From NCBI GenBank assembly GCA_963764975.1, contig CAVXUF010000002.1, positions 75,894 through 139,893 on the forward strand: a DNA stretch of 64,000 bases, written 5' to 3'. Made by a program: the position numbers and the translations under genes. Within the stretch, counting starts at the first letter, position 1. Each line of letters starts with the position of its first letter. The notes under the pieces were generated by a model. The model had not been told where the DNA came from. It made no database searches and saw only the letters and a program-made list of their open reading frames with translations. This stretch comes from an uncultured Chloroflexia bacterium. GTDB taxonomy: Bacteria; Chloroflexota; Limnocylindria; Limnocylindrales; CSP1-4. This document shows positions 47,836 through 56,587 of this stretch, piece after piece.

Positions 47836-48534
47836 ATGACAGCGGCCTCAGTCACCCGCGCGGCATCGCGGATCCCGTTGACGTACGTCGTCACGTTGGT
47901 CCCCGTGGCGGCGGCCCTCAACATCGTCGGCAGCACCATCAACAACGCGCTGAAGCTCCCGACGTTCCTTGACATGATCGGCACCGCCGTGGCCGCGATC
48001 GTGCTGGGACCCTGGTGGGGTGCCCTCGTCGGCGTCATCACGAACGTCGGCGGCTCGTTCATCAACGGACCGATCGGGATCCCGTTCGCGCTGGCCAACG
48101 TCGCCGGCGCCCTCATCTGGGGCTACGGCATCCGGTCGTGGGGTCTCGGATCGAACCTGCCCAAGTTCTTCCTGCTCAATATCATCGTGGCGCTCGTCGT
48201 GTCCGCCGTCGCGGCCCCGATCGTGATCTTCGTGTTCGCTGGGGCCACGGGTCACTCGTCCGATGCCATCACGGCAGCCTTCGCACTGGCCGGCAATGAC
48301 CTGATCACCTCGGTGTTCGCGTCCAACGTCATCGTGTCCCTCGCCGACAAGATCATCGCGGGCTTCGTGGCCCTCTCGATCATCGCGGCGCTCCCGGCCA
48401 ACCTCACGTCCGGGCTGACGTTGCCCGCGGCGACGGGGATGCGCGGCGTGATGCTCGCCGTGGGCGGCATCGTCATCGGCGTCGTGCTGGTGCTGGTGTA
48501 CGTGCTCATCCTGGCGCCCGCGCCGGCCGCCTGA
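47836..48534 (+). CDS. ECF transporter substrate-specific (S) component, specificity unknown
   Basis: 232-aa six-helix-type membrane protein (..LNIVGSTINNALKLPTFLDMIGTAVAAIVLGPWWGALVG..) followed by ecfA-ecfA'-ecfT. GAGGGAGG upstream of ATG 47836. Confidence 0.75.
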   Translation: MTAASVTRAASRIPLTYVVTLVPVAAALNIVGSTINNALKLPTFLDMIGTAVAAIVLGPWWGALVGVITNVGGSFINGPIGIPFALANVAGALIWGYGIRSWGLGSNLPKFFLLNIIVALVVSAVAAPIVIFVFAGATGHSSDAITAAFALAGNDLITSVFASNVIVSLADKIIAGFVALSIIAALPANLTSGLTLPAATGMRGVMLAVGGIVIGVVLVLVYVLILAPAPAA

Positions 48535-48561
48535 CCGACCACCGGAACGAAGGAGACTCGC

Positions 48562-48789
48562 ATGAGCGCACCCGAATCCAACGACGCCCGGACGGTCGGA
48601 CCCCGCGAGGGGCTCGGCGCCGGGATCATCGCCCTGGGCATCCTCTCGATCGCCCTGCCGGGCGTCGTCGACCAGCTCCCTTCGGTGGCCGGTGGTGGCA
48701 GTGCCGCCGCCGTCCTGTACGGGATGAGCGTGTTGATCGGCGTCTTCGTGATCATCGCCGGGGTCATGACGTTCTTCGTCAAGGACTGA
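48562..48789 (+). CDS. Small two-helix membrane protein inside the ECF operon
   Basis: 75 aa with two hydrophobic helices. GAAGGAG lies 7 nt before the ATG. No family recognised. Confidence 0.55.
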   Translation: MSAPESNDARTVGPREGLGAGIIALGILSIALPGVVDQLPSVAGGGSAAAVLYGMSVLIGVFVIIAGVMTFFVKD

Positions 48790-48818
48790 CCCTCGGCGCA
48801 CCAGTCGCACGCGACCGC

Positions 48819-48852
48819 CACCCCCGCTCCGGGACCCCCACCGGAGCGGGGG
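48819..48852 (+). other. Intra-operon stem-loop between the S-component module and the ATPase genes
   Basis: ACCCCCGCTCCGG-gaccccca-CCGGAGCGGGGGT: a 13-bp perfect stem with no U-tract. Confidence 0.4.
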
Positions 48853-48886
48853 TCGCCACGCCCATCCCCGCGAACCCGAGGACACC

Positions 48887-49729
48887 ATGGCCGATGAGCC
48901 GATCATCTCCATCGCCGACATGGGCTTCACGTATGCCCAGGCAGAACGCCCGGCCCTGAGCGGTATCGATCTCGAGATCCATCGTGGCGAGTACGTGGCG
49001 ATCATGGGTCTCAACGGTGCCGGCAAGACGACGCTCGGACTCTGCCTGAACGGGATCATCCCGCACATGCTCATGGGCGAGCAGACCGGGTCCGTCCGTG
49101 TCGACGGCAAGGATCCGAGCACGGTCGTCGTCCGGGAGATGGCCCGGACGGTCGGCATGGTCTTCGATAACCCCGAATTCCAGATGAGCCAGATCACGGC
49201 CGCCGAAGAGGTCGCTCTGGGGCTGGAGAACCTTGGAGTCCCGTCCGACGAGATGCCGGCCCGGATCGCGGCAGCGTTGCAGCTCGTGGGCCTCGAGGGG
49301 TTCGAGGAGCGGGCCCCGATGGGCCTGTCGGGCGGGCAGCAGCAGCGACTCGCCATCGCCTCGGTGCTGGTGATGCGGCCCTCGATCCTGTTCATGGACG
49401 AGCCCACGTCGAACCTCGACCCCCTCGGCAAGGACGACATCTTCGAGATCGCCCGCCATCTCAACCGCGAGGAGGGGATGACCGTCATCGTCGCGGAGCA
49501 CGAGGTCGAGGTCCTCGCTGAATACGCCGACCGGGTCGTCATCCTGCATGAGGGACGGATCGCGATGCAGGGCCCCCCGGCTGAGGTGTTGCGTCGCGTT
49601 GACGAGCTCGATGCCCTCGGTCTCCGCGCGCCGCAGGTCACCCAGTTCGCCCACGCCCTGTCCGGCTCGACGCCGGACCTGCCCGTGACACTCGACGCCA
49701 CCATCGGGTGGCTGGGATCGCGAGCATGA
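48887..49729 (+). CDS. ecfA1: ECF transporter ATPase component
   Basis: GLNGAGKTT, LSGGQQQR, ILFMDEPTSNLD. Confidence 0.9.
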   Translation: MADEPIISIADMGFTYAQAERPALSGIDLEIHRGEYVAIMGLNGAGKTTLGLCLNGIIPHMLMGEQTGSVRVDGKDPSTVVVREMARTVGMVFDNPEFQMSQITAAEEVALGLENLGVPSDEMPARIAAALQLVGLEGFEERAPMGLSGGQQQRLAIASVLVMRPSILFMDEPTSNLDPLGKDDIFEIARHLNREEGMTVIVAEHEVEVLAEYADRVVILHEGRIAMQGPPAEVLRRVDELDALGLRAPQVTQFAHALSGSTPDLPVTLDATIGWLGSRA

Positions 49730-50544
49730 CCGGACCCGCGATGATCAGCGTGGACGAGGCGCGGTACGTCTACCCGCACGGGAACGTCGTCGCGCTCGAG
49801 GGCCTGTCGATCGAGATCGGCTCGGGCGAACTCGTCGGCGTCATGGGCCAGAACGGATCCGGCAAGACCACGTTCACCAAACTCCTCAACGGCCTGTTGA
49901 AGCCGACGTCCGGCCGGGTGGTCGTGGACGGTCGCGATACGGCCGAGCACAGCGTCCAGGAGATGGCCGGTCACATCGGGTATGTCTTTCAGAACCCGAA
50001 CCACCAGCTGTTTGCGTCCACGGTGGCCGAGGAACTGGCATTCGGGCCGAGGAACATCGGGTGTTCGCCCGAGGAGGTCGACGAGCGGGTGGCGGATGCC
50101 GTGGCGTTCTTCGGTCTCGAGGCCATCCTGGGACTGCACCCGTACCGGATCAGCTTCCCGCTCCGCAAGGTCGTCGGAATCGCCTCGATCTACACGATGC
50201 GACCCAAGGTCTTCATCCTCGACGAGCCGACCACCGGCCAGGATCACCGGACCACGAGCGTCATCGACCGCCTGATCGTGCGTCTCGCGGATCGCGGGGA
50301 TACCGTCGTTTGCGTGTCGCACGACATGCCGCTCATCGCCCACGTCGCCCGTCGGGCGATCGTGATGTGGAACGGGCAACTCATCGCGGACGGCACGCCG
50401 CGTGAGGTGTTCGCCGATACGGCGGCGATGGAGCGCACGCACCTCACGCCGCCTCAGATCACCCGGTTGTCGACCCGGATGCCGTCGCGGGCGGGACGAC
50501 CGGCCGCGCTGTCCGTTGCCGAACTGGTGGAGGAGACTCGCTGA
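49726..50544 (+). CDS. ecfA2: ECF transporter ATPase component
   Basis: GQNGSGKTT, Walker B VFILDEPTTGQD, H-loop VSHD. The signature position is degenerate (ISFPLRKVVGIA). ATGA overlap with ecfA1. Confidence 0.88.
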   Translation: MTGPAMISVDEARYVYPHGNVVALEGLSIEIGSGELVGVMGQNGSGKTTFTKLLNGLLKPTSGRVVVDGRDTAEHSVQEMAGHIGYVFQNPNHQLFASTVAEELAFGPRNIGCSPEEVDERVADAVAFFGLEAILGLHPYRISFPLRKVVGIASIYTMRPKVFILDEPTTGQDHRTTSVIDRLIVRLADRGDTVVCVSHDMPLIAHVARRAIVMWNGQLIADGTPREVFADTAAMERTHLTPPQITRLSTRMPSRAGRPAALSVAELVEETR

Positions 50545-51437
50545 TGCAAGGCGTCAACGTCTCGGTCACGCATGTCCGCGGAACGTCCTGGCTCCACCGA
50601 CTGAACCCGATCTCCAAGCTCGCCTGGGTGCTCGCCGTCATCCTGTTCGCGTTCTCGTCGTACAACCCGTTCCCGCTCTTCGCGATCGCGATCGGCGGGT
50701 TCCTCCTCGGCGTCTCGGCGGGGATCGCGCGCCCCCTGCTACGGATCCTGATCGTCTTCGCGCCCGTCACCGCGTCGATGATCGTCATCCAGACCATGGC
50801 GCCGGCGACGTGCTCGAACACATGCACCGCGGCGGCCCAGCTCGGGCCCTTCACGCTCTACCAAGAGGGGATGTCGCACAGCCTCTCGCTCGTCTCGCGT
50901 GTCCTCGCGATGGAGATCATCGCGCTCGGCGTCCTGATGACGACGCACCCGTCGGACTTGTTCGCGGCCTTCGCCAAGCTGCGCGTGCCGTACATCCTCA
51001 ACTTCATGGTGTCGATGACCCTCCAGCTGATCCCGGTCCTGCAGCGCGAGGTCTCGGTCGTCCTGTCGGCGCAGAAGTCGCGGGGCATGAAGAGCAAGGG
51101 CTTCGGGTCGGTCGTGCCGTCGTTCGTGCCCGTGTTCGCGGGCGCGTTCGAACGCGTCCAGCAACTGTCGATCAGCCTGGAATCACGCGCGTTCGGGTCG
51201 GCCGGGTCCAAGACCTCGTATCGCCAGGTCCGGTTCGGGCCGATCGATGCCGCGATCGCGATCGTCGGACTCGCCGCGGGAGCGATCGGGGTGTATCTCG
51301 GGCTGACATTGTGGAGCGTCGAGCTGACACCCTCGCTCGTGCTGCCCGTCGCGCTGACCCTCGTGGTCTTCCTGCTGGCGGCGGTGATGTTCTTTGCCGT
51401 CCTGGCCGCCGCGATCCTGGCGATCGCGCGGGCCTGA
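50544..51437 (+). CDS. ecfT: ECF transporter transmembrane (T) component, CbiQ family
   Basis: ..SWLHRLNPISKL.. N-terminus, polytopic, ..ARAFG.. coupling-helix motif (SRAFGS); TGATG junction. Confidence 0.85.
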   Translation: MQGVNVSVTHVRGTSWLHRLNPISKLAWVLAVILFAFSSYNPFPLFAIAIGGFLLGVSAGIARPLLRILIVFAPVTASMIVIQTMAPATCSNTCTAAAQLGPFTLYQEGMSHSLSLVSRVLAMEIIALGVLMTTHPSDLFAAFAKLRVPYILNFMVSMTLQLIPVLQREVSVVLSAQKSRGMKSKGFGSVVPSFVPVFAGAFERVQQLSISLESRAFGSAGSKTSYRQVRFGPIDAAIAIVGLAAGAIGVYLGLTLWSVELTPSLVLPVALTLVVFLLAAVMFFAVLAAAILAIARA

Positions 51438-51441
51438 CCCG

Positions 51442-52215
51442 ATGACGATCCAGGCCGCGCAGCACCACATCGCGCTGCGCCGCGGCGACGTGGGTCGGTA
51501 CGTGCTGCTGCCCGGCGACCCGGGACGGGTCGAGACGATCGCCCGCCATTTCGACGATCCGGTGTTCGTCGCCGCGAACCGCGAGTACGTGACGTGGACC
51601 GGCACGCTCGACGGTGTGCCCGTGGCCTGCACATCGACCGGGATCGGTTGTCCATCGACCGCGATCGCCGTGGAGGAGCTCGTCGCGATCGGTGCCGACA
51701 CACTGATCCGGGTCGGGACGTCCGGAGCGATCCAGCCCGACATCGCCACCGGCGAACTGGGGATCATCACGGGCGCGATCCGCGACGAAGGCACGAGCCA
51801 CCACTACCTGCCGGCCGAATTCCCCGCGGTCGCCGACATCGACGTCACGGCCGCCCTGCGCGCCGGCGCCGTCGCGACCGGCCAACCATACCGCCTCGGG
51901 ATCGCCCAGTCGAAGGACTCGTTCTACGGCCAGCATGCCCCCGACCGCATGCCGGTGGGTCCCGAGCTTCGTCGGCGCTGGGCAGCCTGGACCGCCGGAG
52001 GGGCGCTGTGCTCCGAGATGGAGGCCGCGACGCTCTATGTCGTGGCGTCGACGCTCCGGGTGCGGGCGGGTGGCGTGATGCTCATCTTCGGCAACCTCGG
52101 GGGCAGGCAGCTGACGCCCGAGGAACGGGCCGCGGGCGACATCGAGCGCGCGATCGAGGCGGCGATCGCCGGTCTGCGCGTGCTGATCGCCGCGGATCGC
52201 GACGCGGCGCGATGA
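51442..52215 (+). CDS. Uridine-phosphorylase-like nucleoside phosphorylase (PNP/UDP family), copy 1
   Basis: LLPGDPGR, TSTGIGCPSTAIAVEEL, IRVGTSGA, SKDSFYG, CSEMEAATLY. Confidence 0.85.
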   Translation: MTIQAAQHHIALRRGDVGRYVLLPGDPGRVETIARHFDDPVFVAANREYVTWTGTLDGVPVACTSTGIGCPSTAIAVEELVAIGADTLIRVGTSGAIQPDIATGELGIITGAIRDEGTSHHYLPAEFPAVADIDVTAALRAGAVATGQPYRLGIAQSKDSFYGQHAPDRMPVGPELRRRWAAWTAGGALCSEMEAATLYVVASTLRVRAGGVMLIFGNLGGRQLTPEERAAGDIERAIEAAIAGLRVLIAADRDAAR

Positions 52216-52982
52216 ACGACGACGTCATGCACCACATCGCGCTGCGCCGCGGCGATGTCGGGCGGTACGTGCTGCTCCCCGGCGACCCCGGCCGGTGCGA
52301 ACGCATCGCCACGCGCTTCGACGATGCGAGGCTCGTCGCCAGGCATCGCGAGTACGAGACGTGGACCGGCACGCTCGGTGGTGTCCCGGTCTCGGTGACC
52401 TCCACGGGGATCGGCTGCCCGTCGACGGCGATCGCCGTCGAGGAACTGATCATGTGCGGCGCCGACACGTTCATCCGCGTGGGGACTGCGGGCGGGATGC
52501 AGCCCGGCATGACCACGGGCGAACTCGCCAACGTGACGGCCGCCATCCGCGACGAGGGCACGACCGAGCACTACCTGCCCATGGCGTTCCCCGCGATCGC
52601 GGACCTCGACGTCGTCCTCGCGCTGCGTGAGGCCGGTCGGCGTACGGGTGCCACGGTCCGCGAGGGCATCTCGCAGTCCAAGGATTCCTTCTACGGGGAG
52701 ATCGAACCGGGCCGGATGCCTGTCCGAGACCGGCTCGAGGAGCGCTGGCAGGCATTCATCGCCGGCGGCGCGATCTGCTCCGAGATGGAGGCCGCGGCGA
52801 TCTTCATCATCGCCTCGATCCATCGCGTGCGGGCCGGCGGCCTCATGGCGTGCGTGGGCAACCCGGACCTCACGCCGGCGGAGGTCGAGGCGTCGATGGC
52901 CACCTTCGATCTCGACGAGGTCATCGATACCGCCGTGGAAGGGCTCCGCGTCCTCATCGAGCGTGATAGCGCGAGGTCCTGA
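52212..52982 (+). CDS. Uridine-phosphorylase-like nucleoside phosphorylase (PNP/UDP family), copy 2
   Basis: Same motif set (LLPGDPGR, TSTGIGCPSTAIAVEEL, IRVGTAGG, SKDSFYG, CSEMEAAAIF); ATGA overlap with copy 1. Confidence 0.85.
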   Translation: MNDDVMHHIALRRGDVGRYVLLPGDPGRCERIATRFDDARLVARHREYETWTGTLGGVPVSVTSTGIGCPSTAIAVEELIMCGADTFIRVGTAGGMQPGMTTGELANVTAAIRDEGTTEHYLPMAFPAIADLDVVLALREAGRRTGATVREGISQSKDSFYGEIEPGRMPVRDRLEERWQAFIAGGAICSEMEAAAIFIIASIHRVRAGGLMACVGNPDLTPAEVEASMATFDLDEVIDTAVEGLRVLIERDSARS

Positions 52983-54223
52983 TCGCCATCGACGACGACA
53001 TCCCGTTCGATCCGGTCGATCCGCGCTTCATCGCGAATCCCTATCCCGCGTATGCCCGTGTTCGCGAGTCGACGGCGGTCTGGCACCCCGACGGCGACCA
53101 CCTCTGGTACCTGACCCGCCACGCCGACGTCCACGCGGCCTTCCGCGACCGTCGCCTCGGGTCGAACTTCCTCCACCGCTATACGCCCGAGGAGCTGGGG
53201 CTGGCGCCGGGCATCCCGGTCTGGCGCGACCCGCGCTGGGAGGACTTCGCCGCGTTCGAGCGCTGGGAGCTGCTCAACCTCGAGCCGCCGGTCCACACGC
53301 GGTTGCGTCGGCTCGTCACCGAGGCGTTCACGCCCCGGACCGTCGAAGGGATGCGGACGAGCATCGTCGAGCGGGCTCGAGCGCTGCTGGCACCGGGACG
53401 CGAGGCCGGGTCCATCGATCTGGTCAACGACTACGCCCAGCACTTCTCGCTCGGCATCATCTGCGATCTCATCGGCGTCGCACCGGACGATCGCGAGACG
53501 ATCAAGCGCCTGTCGGACGATACGGTGGCGATGTACGAGCCGGCCCCGTCCGACGCACAGCGGATCGCCTCGAATGCGGCCGCCGGCGACTTCCGCCGCT
53601 ATCTGATCGACGTCATCGCCGTCCGGCGGCGTCGACCAGGCGACGACCTCCTGACCGCGCTCATCGACGCCACGGTGGACGGCGAGCGGCTGACCGACGA
53701 CCAGATCGTGTCGACCGCGATGGTCCTGCTGATGGCCGGCCACGAGGCCACGGTCAACGCGACCACGAACGGCATTGCCGCGCTGGCCGCGGACCCGGAG
53801 CAGTGGCGCCTCATCCGTCGCGGCGAGGTCACCCCCAGGGCCGCGCTCGAGGAGATGCTGCGCTACGACCCGCCGCTCCAGTGGTTCGAGCGCTGGGTGC
53901 TCGACGATGGGTTCCGTGTCGGCGACGTCGAGATCCCGGTGGGGTCGCGGGTCGCCCTCGTGCTCGCGGCCGCGAACCGGGACCCGCGCAAATACGACCG
54001 ACCGGACCGGTTCGACATCCGTCGGGCCGACACGACCCACCTGTCGTTCGGTGGCGGGATCCACTTCTGCATCGGCGCCCCGCTCGCCCGACTGGAGCTG
54101 GAGACGACCCTCACCGAGCTGGCACGATCCGAGGAGGAGCTGGTGATCATCCCGCCGACGGTCCGACGCCCGACCTTCCAGTTCCGCGGCTACGAGCGCC
54201 TCGAGATCGCGCTCTCGCGCTGA
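52979..54223 (+). CDS. Cytochrome P450 (start codon non-canonical or unresolved)
   Basis: I-helix LLMAGHEATVNA, ExxR EMLRYDPP, heme loop FGGGIHFCIGAPLA. The P450-like N-terminus (..DIPFDPVDPRFIANPYPAYARVRE..) begins right after an in-frame TAG at 52967. The first in-frame ATG/GTG/TTG is only at 53303, so CTG 52979 (CTGA overlap with the upstream stop) is proposed. Confidence 0.8.
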   Translation: MIAIDDDIPFDPVDPRFIANPYPAYARVRESTAVWHPDGDHLWYLTRHADVHAAFRDRRLGSNFLHRYTPEELGLAPGIPVWRDPRWEDFAAFERWELLNLEPPVHTRLRRLVTEAFTPRTVEGMRTSIVERARALLAPGREAGSIDLVNDYAQHFSLGIICDLIGVAPDDRETIKRLSDDTVAMYEPAPSDAQRIASNAAAGDFRRYLIDVIAVRRRRPGDDLLTALIDATVDGERLTDDQIVSTAMVLLMAGHEATVNATTNGIAALAADPEQWRLIRRGEVTPRAALEEMLRYDPPLQWFERWVLDDGFRVGDVEIPVGSRVALVLAAANRDPRKYDRPDRFDIRRADTTHLSFGGGIHFCIGAPLARLELETTLTELARSEEELVIIPPTVRRPTFQFRGYERLEIALSR

Positions 54224-55413
54224 TCCCCGGGCCGTCGTTCGGTCAGGACGGCCGTTGCCGCCGCGACGAACGCAAGCGGCAGGAGGATCAGGCGGGCGTC
54301 GTCCGCCCCTGCCGCGGTGATCACGGACCCGGCCAGCGCCGCACCGACCGCGATCCCGATGGCCGTCGCCGAGACGAGGATCGAGAACGAGGACGTTCGC
54401 GAGTGCGCGGGCGTGACCTCGGCGACGAACGCGTTGGACTGGATGAACGTGGCGGCGATCGCGGCACCAGACACGATCGACGCGATGAGAAATGGGGTGT
54501 AGCCGTCCACGAGCGCCGAGGGGATCACGCCGGCTGCATAGACGAGCATCGCGATCGTGAACCGGCGTCGGACCGGCATCCGCCAGGTCCGCGCCCCGAC
54601 CACGATCGCCCCGATGAGACTCGCGCCCGAATTGACGACGTAAACCAGCGCGGCCCCCTCGGTGAGGCCGAGGCTGGCGCAGTACGCGAGTTGCAGGACC
54701 TGCACGGCACCGAGCGCTCCGCCGAGCGCCCCCACCGACAGCAGCACCCCGGATCCGGCAGGAAAACGGAGTCGCCATGTGGGCCCACCGGCGCCCGGAT
54801 GGGGAGCCGGGGCAGGCAGGCTCCAGCGAGACGTGACCCCGAACGCGCCGAGGATCAGCAGGGACATGGCGACGACGATCGGCAGACCCACGAACCCCAC
54901 GGTCGCGAGCAGCGCGACGGCCGCGGGGCCGATGAGGAAGGACATCTCGTCGTTGATCGATTCGAGCGCCTGCGCCGAGTCCAACCCGGCGATCCGCTCG
55001 TGGAGTGCCGCCCAGCGCGCCCGCGTGAAGGCGCCGATGTTCGGCTGCGTTGCCCCGACGAGCGCGGCGAGGGGGATGAGCAGCGGCGTCGCCCCGAAGG
55101 CCAGCAGACTCGCGACCGCGAGCGCGCCGAACAGTCCGGACGCGATAGCCAGGATCCGGGCCAGTGGCAGCTGGCCGCGACGGTCCGCGACCCGACCGAT
55201 GACCGGCCCGACGATCGCGGTCGCCACGGCGTACGCCCCGGCAGCGGCCCCGCCCAGGGCATAGCCCGTCTCCGGGTTCGCCGAGGCTGCCGATGCCACG
55301 AAGGCGACCGAGAGCATCGCCATCGGGGCGCGACCGACGAGCCCGAACGCGATGAGCGGCGGGCCACCGGATTGCGCCAGTGGCCCGTGGAACGCGGCGA
55401 GTGGCCGACGCAC
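54190..55413 (-). CDS. MFS transporter
   Basis: 407 aa, ~12 predicted helices, ..GRVADRRGQ.. loop 2-3 motif. GTG start 7 nt after the upstream stop. The 3' end overlaps the P450 3' end by 34 bp. Confidence 0.8.
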   Translation of the reverse strand: MRRPLAAFHGPLAQSGGPPLIAFGLVGRAPMAMLSVAFVASAASANPETGYALGGAAAGAYAVATAIVGPVIGRVADRRGQLPLARILAIASGLFGALAVASLLAFGATPLLIPLAALVGATQPNIGAFTRARWAALHERIAGLDSAQALESINDEMSFLIGPAAVALLATVGFVGLPIVVAMSLLILGAFGVTSRWSLPAPAPHPGAGGPTWRLRFPAGSGVLLSVGALGGALGAVQVLQLAYCASLGLTEGAALVYVVNSGASLIGAIVVGARTWRMPVRRRFTIAMLVYAAGVIPSALVDGYTPFLIASIVSGAAIAATFIQSNAFVAEVTPAHSRTSSFSILVSATAIGIAVGAALAGSVITAAGADDARLILLPLAFVAAATAVLTERRPGDQRESAISRRS

Positions 55414-55420
55414 GAGTCGG

Positions 55421-56416
55421 CTAGTACATCGTCGTGCGCGTCAGGTGGTGCGGCCAGAAGGTCGCGTGATACGTCTTCCAGAGCCGGTAGTCGATCTGCG
55501 GGATCACCAGCTGGCGGTCGGCAGGTCGGCGATCGTTGATCGCGCTGGTCAGCAGGGCGGTGGCGTACACCGTGTGGGCGCGCAACTCGATCTCGTCGAG
55601 GCTGTCCCGCTCGATCATGACCCCGCCGTTGATCCGGGACTCGAGGTCATCGGTGTACTCGGTGATGCCCATCAGGCGCAGTGCCACCGGCACGATGTAG
55701 TCCGCGAACGCGGTCATCCGTGACAGGTCGCGGATGCCCGGTTGGCCGAGGTGGACCCAGGTGGCGTGCAGCGACCACAGGCACAGCTGGGCGAGCTTGT
55801 AGAACTGGACGCGATGGCCGTCGTAGACGCTGCTGTCCTCGAAGCGCGGGAAGTCCGCCAGCAGGCGTTCGAGCATCCCGTTGCCGTCCGCGTACATCGC
55901 CCGGTCGCATGTGGCCGCCCAACGATGGAAGCGGCCACCGAAGCGATCGACGAGGGTCGACCCCATGGTATTGAGGATCTCCGCGCGTTCGTCGAGCATC
56001 GGCATCTCGATGGTCCCGGCGAAGATCGCGGCGAGGTCGTTGCGGGTCACGGTCGCGAGCCACTCGCCGTCGAAGATGGGCTGCCCCGCGCTCCACGCGC
56101 GATGCCAGCAGGCGAGCTTGGCTTCCGAGTCCACGTACCGACGACCCTGGTAGTCCACCTCGAATTTGACCGACGTCGCGAAATCGGTGAAAGCGAAGTT
56201 GAGCGCCGACTCGAGCAACACGAGATCGGTCAGGACGTCGGGGTCCTGGCCGAAGTCGAAGAGGAACGATCCGTCGTTGAGACCGAATTCCTCGTAGGCC
56301 ATCCACCCGGCGACGCGCTGGATCCCTTCGTCCGAGGTGCGGACGTTCCGCGAGGCCTCGATCACCGGCAGCGTCGATGACAGCACCTGACTGTCCCATC
56401 GGTCGATCGCGTGCAT
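55421..56416 (-). CDS. DUF2419 / queuosine-salvage (Qng1-like) family protein
   Basis: ..VQFYKLAQLCLWSLH.., ..FADYIVPVALRLMGI..Y...L...I.....I...S..EIELRAHTVYA.., C-terminal ..IDYRLW......HH.TRT..Y. These parallel the conserved blocks of the family as I remember them. GGAGGG lies 3 nt before ATG 56416; the longer ORF to 57460 is antisense to rbsK. Confidence 0.72.
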   Translation of the reverse strand: MHAIDRWDSQVLSSTLPVIEASRNVRTSDEGIQRVAGWMAYEEFGLNDGSFLFDFGQDPDVLTDLVLLESALNFAFTDFATSVKFEVDYQGRRYVDSEAKLACWHRAWSAGQPIFDGEWLATVTRNDLAAIFAGTIEMPMLDERAEILNTMGSTLVDRFGGRFHRWAATCDRAMYADGNGMLERLLADFPRFEDSSVYDGHRVQFYKLAQLCLWSLHATWVHLGQPGIRDLSRMTAFADYIVPVALRLMGITEYTDDLESRINGGVMIERDSLDEIELRAHTVYATALLTSAINDRRPADRQLVIPQIDYRLWKTYHATFWPHHLTRTTMY

Positions 56417-56587
56417 GAACCCTCCGTACAGGCCGGACCGCCGGCCACTCCGGGCCGCCGGCCACATCGCCGACGACCGCCTCACGATACGGGAGCGCGG
56501 AGGTCCCGGCCGGGCGAGCGTGCAGCCGGTTTGCGGCCGGCGTCCCCGGACCGGCACCATGGAACCTTCAGCGACGCAGGAGGGCAT

